A stretch of DNA of 32,175 nucleotides from the sequence record SRR31156797_3294. One strand, 5' to 3'. A program made the position numbers and the translations under genes. Each line of letters opens with the position of its first letter. Within the stretch, counting starts at the first letter, position 1. The notes beneath the pieces were generated by a model. The model was not told the DNA's origin. It did no database searches and was given only the letters and a program-made list of their open reading frames with translations. Below, piece after piece: positions 26,345 to 32,175 of this stretch.

Positions 26345-28912
26345 TTACTGCGCCCAGTGAATTAATCCTAAAGAATGGGGATCAAGCAGAAGTTCATGCT
26401 TGGGCAGGATACGCACGGTATAACCGAACCTGCCGGCCTCATGCGGCAGAACCTCGCCCTGATAGACGTGCCAACCGCCGCCCATATCTTCTTCCGGAGT
26501 CATAATCACGGTGTTGCGGCGAGCAAACTTACCATCCTGACCAACCGGTCCGGCGTAGATTTCCACCTGAACATTATCCGTGGTCAAACCGTTAAGGAAG
26601 ACCTCTGCGGTGATGATAATCGGTTCTTCAACATAAACATCGGTATGAGTTTCCGAATGGATGTTGCGGACCTTCAAGCTGGACCACTTGGTCATCACTT
26701 CCATTCTCCAGGCAGCCAGTTCCTTGGCACCCTGGAAATCATTCTTATGCATTGTGGCGTAATTACTGTATGCAGGCTGATAAGCCTTTTCTGTGTAATC
26801 TTCCACCATACGGTTAGCGTTGAATTCAGGTCCCAGAATCCGCAGCGCTTTTTTGACCTTGGTAATCCAGCTGCGGGGAAGGCTGCCGTGGCCGCGGTCA
26901 TAGAATTCGGGAATTATGTCATTTTCCAGCACTTTGTAAAGGGTCTGACTCTCCACAAAATCCTGATATTCATGATCGTTGTAGTCTTCACCCCGACCGA
27001 TAGCCCAGCCAAGACTGTTATCGGACTCATAAGCTTCATCCCACCAGCCATCCGGGGTGCTGAACTGCAACACACCATTTGCCATGGCCTTCATGCCGCT
27101 GGTTCCGCAGGCCTCAAGAGGCCGCCTCGGGGTATTCAGCCAAATATCACAACCCTGAACCATATAATCGGCAATTTTCATATCGTAATCTTCAAGGAAG
27201 ACAAGACTCATGCGGCACTCTTCACGACGGCAAAACTGGATAAGATCCTGAATAAGCTTCTTACCTTCATTGTCCTGCGGATGTGCTTTACCTGCAAAAA
27301 TAAATTGCACCGGCTGCTTGGAATCGGAAATTATCTTAAGCAGACGCTCTTTATCCTTGAGCAACAATCCGGCGCGTTTATAAGTGGCAAAGCGACGCGC
27401 AAAGCCAATGGTCAAAGCGCGGGGATCAAGCACTTCGTCCGCAAGCTCAATTTCCTTGCGACGCGCACCGATGTTCATCAACTGACGGCGCAGACGTTTA
27501 CGCACAAAATCCACCAACCGTTCTCTCAGCCGCTCATGGGTGCGCCAAAGCTCTGCATCAGGGATGTTATCTGTTTGCCTCCAGACCTTTGTACAATCCG
27601 GGTCCTCACGCCAGTTAGGGCCGAGGTAGCGATCAAAAAGCAATGAAAAATCAGTAGCCACCCATGTAGGCATATGCACGCCGTTGGTAATAGCCCCGAT
27701 AGGTACATCTTCCACCGGATACTGCGGCCATACTTTCTGCCACATGTTACGCGAAACATGTCCGTGCAACTTGGATACGCCGTTATTGAAACGGGAAAGC
27801 TTCAACGCCAGCACGGTCATGCAGAACTGTTCCGCATCATCTCGAGGGTCTTCTCTACCAAGGGATAAGAATACTTTATATGCAAGCCCCATGGTCTGGG
27901 CATACGGTTCAAAGTAAGGACGCATAAGGTCTGCCGGGAAACGGTCATTTCCCGCCGGAACCGGGGTATGGGTAGTGAAAATACTTGATGAAGCCACCAT
28001 CTCCATAGCTGCTTCAAAAGAAAGACCATGCTCGGTCATAAAGATACGGATACGTTCCAACCCTGCAAATGCGGAATGTCCTTCATTCATATGGATAACA
28101 CTCGGCTCAAGTCCTAAAGCTGCAAGCGCTTTAACCCCACCGATCCCAAGCAGAATTTCCTGCCAGAGACGCATTTCAAGATCTCCACCGTACAACCGTG
28201 CAGTGATTGCCCTGAAATTAGCCGGGTTTTCAGGAATATTTGTATCAAGCAGATAGAGGGTTACACGCCCTACTTCAACGTACCAGACTTTAACATGGAG
28301 AGGCGCCCCTTTCATATCCAGAGAGAACATAACGTCCTTGCCGTCTTTATCCTTGGCGGCTTTAATGGACATTTCCTCAAAATCATGACTGGGGTAACGC
28401 TCCTGCTGCCAGCCATCCTGAGTCATATACTGACGGAAATATCCGTGCTGATAGCAAAGTCCGATCCCGATCAACGGAATATTCAGATCACTTGCTGACT
28501 TAAGGTGGTCACCTGCAAGAATACCAAGACCACCAGAATAAATAGGCAGACTGAGGCCGATACCATACTCAAAACTGAAATAAGCCACGACAGGTTCGCC
28601 TTTCTTAGCTCCGTCAAATTGATAAGAGCAGCCTTCACGGGCAAGGTAATTTCTCTGCACCTTGGCGGCTTCCTTGAGACGCTGCACAAAAAAATCATCG
28701 TTAGCCAATTCCTCAAGCTGCTGCTGAGGCAGACTGTTCAAAAACTTCACAGGATTCTGCTGGCAATCCCGCCAGAGGACCTGATCAATGGAAGAAAAGA
28801 TACTGGCAATGTCGCTGTTCCAGACAAAAAGAAAGTTATATGCCAAATCCCAAAGCTCTTTCAGCTGGCTGGGCAGACGTGGAACGACGCTATAAACGCG
28901 AAGCGGCTGCAT
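26345..28912 (-). CDS. glgP: Alpha-glucan (glycogen) phosphorylase
   Basis: YSGGLGILAGDHLKSASD, HMNEGH, FTTHTPVPAG, ITNGVH, GFARRFATYKR, AGKAHP, EACGTSGMKA. Confidence 0.97.
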   Translation of the reverse strand: MQPLRVYSVVPRLPSQLKELWDLAYNFLFVWNSDIASIFSSIDQVLWRDCQQNPVKFLNSLPQQQLEELANDDFFVQRLKEAAKVQRNYLAREGCSYQFDGAKKGEPVVAYFSFEYGIGLSLPIYSGGLGILAGDHLKSASDLNIPLIGIGLCYQHGYFRQYMTQDGWQQERYPSHDFEEMSIKAAKDKDGKDVMFSLDMKGAPLHVKVWYVEVGRVTLYLLDTNIPENPANFRAITARLYGGDLEMRLWQEILLGIGGVKALAALGLEPSVIHMNEGHSAFAGLERIRIFMTEHGLSFEAAMEMVASSSIFTTHTPVPAGNDRFPADLMRPYFEPYAQTMGLAYKVFLSLGREDPRDDAEQFCMTVLALKLSRFNNGVSKLHGHVSRNMWQKVWPQYPVEDVPIGAITNGVHMPTWVATDFSLLFDRYLGPNWREDPDCTKVWRQTDNIPDAELWRTHERLRERLVDFVRKRLRRQLMNIGARRKEIELADEVLDPRALTIGFARRFATYKRAGLLLKDKERLLKIISDSKQPVQFIFAGKAHPQDNEGKKLIQDLIQFCRREECRMSLVFLEDYDMKIADYMVQGCDIWLNTPRRPLEACGTSGMKAMANGVLQFSTPDGWWDEAYESDNSLGWAIGRGEDYNDHEYQDFVESQTLYKVLENDIIPEFYDRGHGSLPRSWITKVKKALRILGPEFNANRMVEDYTEKAYQPAYSNYATMHKNDFQGAKELAAWRMEVMTKWSSLKVRNIHSETHTDVYVEEPIIITAEVFLNGLTTDNVQVEIYAGPVGQDGKFARRNTVIMTPEEDMGGGWHVYQGEVLPHEAGRFGYTVRILPKHELLLDPHSLGLIHWAQ

Positions 28913-29053
28913 AGTTATCTCCTTAAATATTGATTCGAAACGGGATGATTGATCGAATATATCAGAAACCCCGAACCTTTTACACTCATTTTTATTATTT
29001 GCCTTATTCAGGTTAACTTTTCAAGACAGTTTGGCAATAATCTGGATAGAAAG

Positions 29054-29082
29054 TTGACACATTTGCCTTACAAGAGCATTCT
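29054..29082 (+). promoter_or_regulatory. Putative sigma70 promoter of dut-argD
   Basis: TTGACA-17 nt-CATTCT upstream of dut. Confidence 0.5.
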
Positions 29083-29118
29083 GCCTCTTCAAAATATCAC
29101 TTGTTCAAGGATAGAAAG

Positions 29119-29592
29119 ATGAATCCCACCCAATCCAATCCAGTTGAAGTAAAAGTAAAATTCCTCAGTGAGACTGCCCGCGAAGGCGGTCTGGACTACG
29201 CTACCCCCAACTCCGCCGGAGTGGACCTGCGAGCCTGTATTGAAGAGGATTTCGTGGAAATTGAAGCAGGCGGAAGGTATGCCTTCCCCGCCGGAATCGC
29301 CATTGAAATAACCTCTCCGAGTATTGCCGGCTTTATTTATTCCCGCAGCGGGCTGGGTACCAAAGACGGCCTGACCGTCAGTCAGGGAGTCGGAGTTGTC
29401 GACCCTGACTACCGTGGAGAAATCAAGGTTTCCCTTCTCAACACATCGGGCGAGAAGCGACGAATTGAGCGTGGACAGCGCATTGCACAGCTCGTTTTCA
29501 TGCCCTACTGCCATGCCCAACTGATTCCCAGCGAAGAACTTTCCGACACAACCAGAGGTGCCGGAGGATTCGGGCATACAGGTAAGAATTAG
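29119..29592 (+). CDS. dut: dUTP diphosphatase
   Basis: SAGVDL, RSGLG, GVVDPDYRGEI, RIAQLV, RGAGGFGHTG. Start placed at ATG 29119. Confidence 0.95.
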   Translation: MNPTQSNPVEVKVKFLSETAREGGLDYATPNSAGVDLRACIEEDFVEIEAGGRYAFPAGIAIEITSPSIAGFIYSRSGLGTKDGLTVSQGVGVVDPDYRGEIKVSLLNTSGEKRRIERGQRIAQLVFMPYCHAQLIPSEELSDTTRGAGGFGHTGKN

Positions 29593-29615
29593 TCTCCACT
29601 GAACAGAAAAATATC

Positions 29616-30818
29616 ATGAGTAAACACGATACACTTGTAGCCGCTGAACAAAAATCCATCTGCAACACCTACGGCAGATACCCCGTAAACGTAAGCAAAG
29701 CCAAAGGTTCCAGACTCTGGGATCTTGAAGGTAAGGAATACATAGACCTGCTTTCCGGCATTTCCGTGGTCAACATAGGTCACTGCCGGGATGATCTCGC
29801 AGACATCATGGCTGAACAAGCCCGCAAACTGGTGCAGGTCAGCAACCTTTTTTATCAGGAAGAACAGGTCGAATTGGCTGAAAAACTGATCGCCACCTGC
29901 GATGCTGACAAAGTTTTCTTCGCCAACTCAGGCGCTGAAGCCAACGAAGCAGCCATTAAACTGGCCAGACGGTACATGCGCACTGTAAAGGAAAGGGATG
30001 CCTTTGAGATCATTACCCTTGAAGGATCTTTTCACGGCAGGACCATGGCTACCCTGACCGCTACCGGACAATCCGGCCCCATCAAAGATGGTTTCGCCCC
30101 CCTGCCGGAAGGATTTGAGTACGTTCCCACAGGAGATGTCGAAGCTCTCAAGTCCGCCATCAGCGAAAAGACCGCTGCGGTCATGATCGAGATGGTACAG
30201 GGAGAAGGTGGCATCAAGCCGTTGCCTGAAGATTACGTGAAAGCCGTAACCGAACTGGTTAAAGAAAACGACATTCTGCTTATTGTTGATGAAGTCCAGT
30301 CCGGGTTATGCAGAACCGGTAAATGGTGGGCGCACCAGCACTACGGAGTGACCCCGCACATTTTCACTTCCGCAAAGGCCCTTGCCAACGGTCTGCCCAT
30401 GGGCGCCATGCTGGCAACTGAAGAAGTCGCCAAAGGATTCACCCCGGGCAGCCACGCCACCACTTTCGGCGGAGGCGCACTGGTTTCTAAAGTCGCATCC
30501 AAGGTCATCGACATCATGACCGAAGACAAGCTTGATGAACGTGCAGCCGAACTGGGTAATTTCTTCAAAACCGAAGCAGGTAAATTGCAAGATAAATTTC
30601 CCGGCAAGATCAAATCCGTGCGCGGACTCGGCCTGATGCTCGGTGTGGAACTCAACTTTGACGGCAGTGAAATATTCTCCGCCCTGCGCGAACAAGGCTT
30701 CATCCTCAACCTGACCAAGGGCACTATCCTCAGGCTTCTCCCGGCTCTTACTATTGATAGAGAAGACCTCGTTGCATTTCTTAATGCGCTCGAAGGACTG
30801 CTTGCCAAGCAAGCATAG
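29616..30818 (+). CDS. argD: Acetylornithine aminotransferase (class III PLP)
   Basis: FFANSGAEANEAAIKLAR, SFHGRT, VQGEGG, DEVQSGLCRTG, AKALANGLPMGA, PGSHATTFGG. Confidence 0.9.
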   Translation: MSKHDTLVAAEQKSICNTYGRYPVNVSKAKGSRLWDLEGKEYIDLLSGISVVNIGHCRDDLADIMAEQARKLVQVSNLFYQEEQVELAEKLIATCDADKVFFANSGAEANEAAIKLARRYMRTVKERDAFEIITLEGSFHGRTMATLTATGQSGPIKDGFAPLPEGFEYVPTGDVEALKSAISEKTAAVMIEMVQGEGGIKPLPEDYVKAVTELVKENDILLIVDEVQSGLCRTGKWWAHQHYGVTPHIFTSAKALANGLPMGAMLATEEVAKGFTPGSHATTFGGGALVSKVASKVIDIMTEDKLDERAAELGNFFKTEAGKLQDKFPGKIKSVRGLGLMLGVELNFDGSEIFSALREQGFILNLTKGTILRLLPALTIDREDLVAFLNALEGLLAKQA

Positions 30819-30819
30819 C

Positions 30820-30848
30820 TTGACCAACAAGACATACGGGCTTATCTT
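30820..30848 (+). promoter_or_regulatory. Putative sigma70 promoter placing +1 on the ATG of the small gene
   Basis: TTGACC(30820-25)-17 nt-TATCTT(30843-48); ATG at 30855. Confidence 0.5.
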
Positions 30849-30854
30849 TTATTT

Positions 30855-31076
30855 ATGAATGATATTGCACTTGCCACACCTGTAGAAGGCGGTGTTCAGG
30901 ACACCAGTATCGAGCCTTGGCAGCCATCTGGAAGACTGGCTGAAATGCCGGACGCAATTCCGGACTCTATTGATGCGTCCACTTTGCACCTGCATGCAGA
31001 AGAGCAGCAAAAAGTTGTGGATCAGGCAATACACAGCCTGACCGGAAAGGGTAATCTAATTGACCGTATTGTCTAA
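30855..31076 (+). CDS. Small acidic hypothetical protein (73 aa) with C-terminal GxGxxID motif
   Basis: ORF fills the argD-prmA gap, is followed by a terminator and ends TGKGNLIDRIV. Confidence 0.65.
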   Translation: MNDIALATPVEGGVQDTSIEPWQPSGRLAEMPDAIPDSIDASTLHLHAEEQQKVVDQAIHSLTGKGNLIDRIV

Positions 31077-31122
31077 AACATATGATCATTCCCTGTATGA
31101 CGGGGATTAAGCAAATAAACCT

Positions 31123-31160
31123 AAAATGCTCAGGTACTCGGTAGAGTATCTGAGCATTTT
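31123..31160 (+). terminator. Intrinsic terminator
   Basis: AAAATGCTCAGGTACTC-ggta-GAGTATCTGAGCATTTT. Confidence 0.75.
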
Positions 31161-31232
31161 CATGTACTGCTATCTCGAAAACACTGACCATTAATTATAC
31201 AATCAAACTAGATTTAAATATAAGGAACACCA

Positions 31233-32093
31233 ATGCCTAAACTGCTTAGAATCCAATTTACCCTTTCCGAACTTGAAAGCGACGAATGTCAGGTTTATCT
31301 CGGCGCACGTGTCGCTCACGGCTGGGAAGAAAAACCGCTTGATGACGATTCCATCTTTTATACCATCCATCTTGAAGACCATCCGCTGGGCATGGAGATA
31401 GTGGAAGAAATCAAATCCCGCTGGCCTAACGCCGGATGCGTGGGCGAAGAAATCAAAGACGAGAACTGGGGACTTGCATGGAAAGATTATTTCGAGCCGG
31501 TCACCTGCGGACAATTTGAAATCCTGCCTCCGTGGCTGCTGGAAAAGAAAACCGAAGGAAAGAACCACATCATCATTGAACCGAAGATGGCTTTCGGTAC
31601 AGGCAGCCACCCTACTACCGCCCTTTGCCTTGAACTGATCAGCAAACTAGCTGAGGAAGGCAGACTGAATGCGGACATGGAATTTTTTGATCTCGGCACC
31701 GGGTCCGCGATCCTCGCTATAGCCCTTGCCAAGCTCGGCCTCAAAGGTGTCGGTGTGGACATTGATCCGCAGTCTATTGTTTGCGCACAGGAAAACCTCG
31801 ACAACAACGATGTAGACGGAATCATTCTTTCCGTTGGCAGTGCCGACTCCATTGATCCAACTCTGAAATATGAACTGGTAGTAGCGAATATTCTTTCCGG
31901 TCCGCTCATTGAGCTTTGCCCGGATGTAACCACAAGACTGAAGGAAAACTCTATACTGATTCTTTCCGGTATCCTTGTGGAACAAGCCGAGAAAGTAGCA
32001 GCAACCTACATCGAAGCAGGACTGCCCGCCCCGGAAATATTCACTATGGGTGAATGGGCAGGACTCCTCTGGCGCGATGTGAGTGAAGATTAA
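31233..32093 (+). CDS. prmA: Ribosomal protein L11 methyltransferase
   Basis: NW...WKDYFEP, IEPKMAFGTGSHPTT, DLGTGSAILAI, DIDP, VVANIL, LILSGIL. Confidence 0.93.
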   Translation: MPKLLRIQFTLSELESDECQVYLGARVAHGWEEKPLDDDSIFYTIHLEDHPLGMEIVEEIKSRWPNAGCVGEEIKDENWGLAWKDYFEPVTCGQFEILPPWLLEKKTEGKNHIIIEPKMAFGTGSHPTTALCLELISKLAEEGRLNADMEFFDLGTGSAILAIALAKLGLKGVGVDIDPQSIVCAQENLDNNDVDGIILSVGSADSIDPTLKYELVVANILSGPLIELCPDVTTRLKENSILILSGILVEQAEKVAATYIEAGLPAPEIFTMGEWAGLLWRDVSED

Positions 32094-32097
32094 TTTG

Positions 32098-32175
32098 ATG
32101 CGCTTCGCGATTTGTCGATTTAATTTCGCCTCCGGATTCCAAAGAAGCTAAGCCCCTTTGGAATCCCTATTAGTT
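32098..32175 (+). repeat. GCCTCCGG-containing palindromic repeat, copy C (related type; may run past the window edge)
   Basis: After the prmA stop: GCG-cttcg-CG mini-hairpin region, GCCTCCGG (32128-35), then GGATTCCAAAG-n11-CTTTGGAATCC. Confidence 0.55.

Noticed and set aside
26375..27646. 423-aa plus-strand ORF antisense to glgP
   Set aside because: Shadow frame of a conserved gene; no recognisable motifs or RBS.
1..32175. CRISPR arrays, tRNA/rRNA genes, IS transposases, prophage or defence genes
   Set aside because: No regularly spaced repeats, cloverleaf or rRNA signatures, or mobile and defence protein motifs were seen; the thermonuclease appears to be an exported stand-alone enzyme.

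Overview
Mostly ordinary chromosomal DNA from a sulfate-reducing deltaproteobacterium. Gene content and intergenic repeat style suggest Desulfovibrionaceae, probably Maridesulfovibrio-like (inference). Left part: the 3' end of an amino-acid ABC ATPase, a pseudo-receiver-PilZ gene divergent from a REC-HisKA_2 kinase and STAS pair, a Gate-domain membrane protein with ridA, trmL, rfbB-rfbD, a membrane 4Fe-4S protein, an HlyD/FUSC efflux pair, a USP and an aldehyde:ferredoxin oxidoreductase. Middle: a DUF4153-like membrane protein, an HAAAP amino-acid permease and an AT-rich sulfotransferase. Right part: a long minus-strand run of glgP, a thermonuclease, a split (archaeal-type) glutamate synthase with ferredoxin-like and FAD oxidoreductase genes, and yajC-secD-secF, then dut-argD, a small protein and prmA. 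No rRNA, tRNA, CRISPR array or transposase was seen. The most interesting signals are non-coding: a candidate sigma54-driven ~200-nt small RNA (about 4679-4878), a ~185-nt permease leader ending in a terminator with possible alternative pairings, and a family of GCCTCCGG-capped palindromic intergenic repeats. Also notable are a probably leaderless 73-aa gene and a SecF with two extra transmembrane helices. All calls come from reading the sequence; no database searches or folding programs were run.
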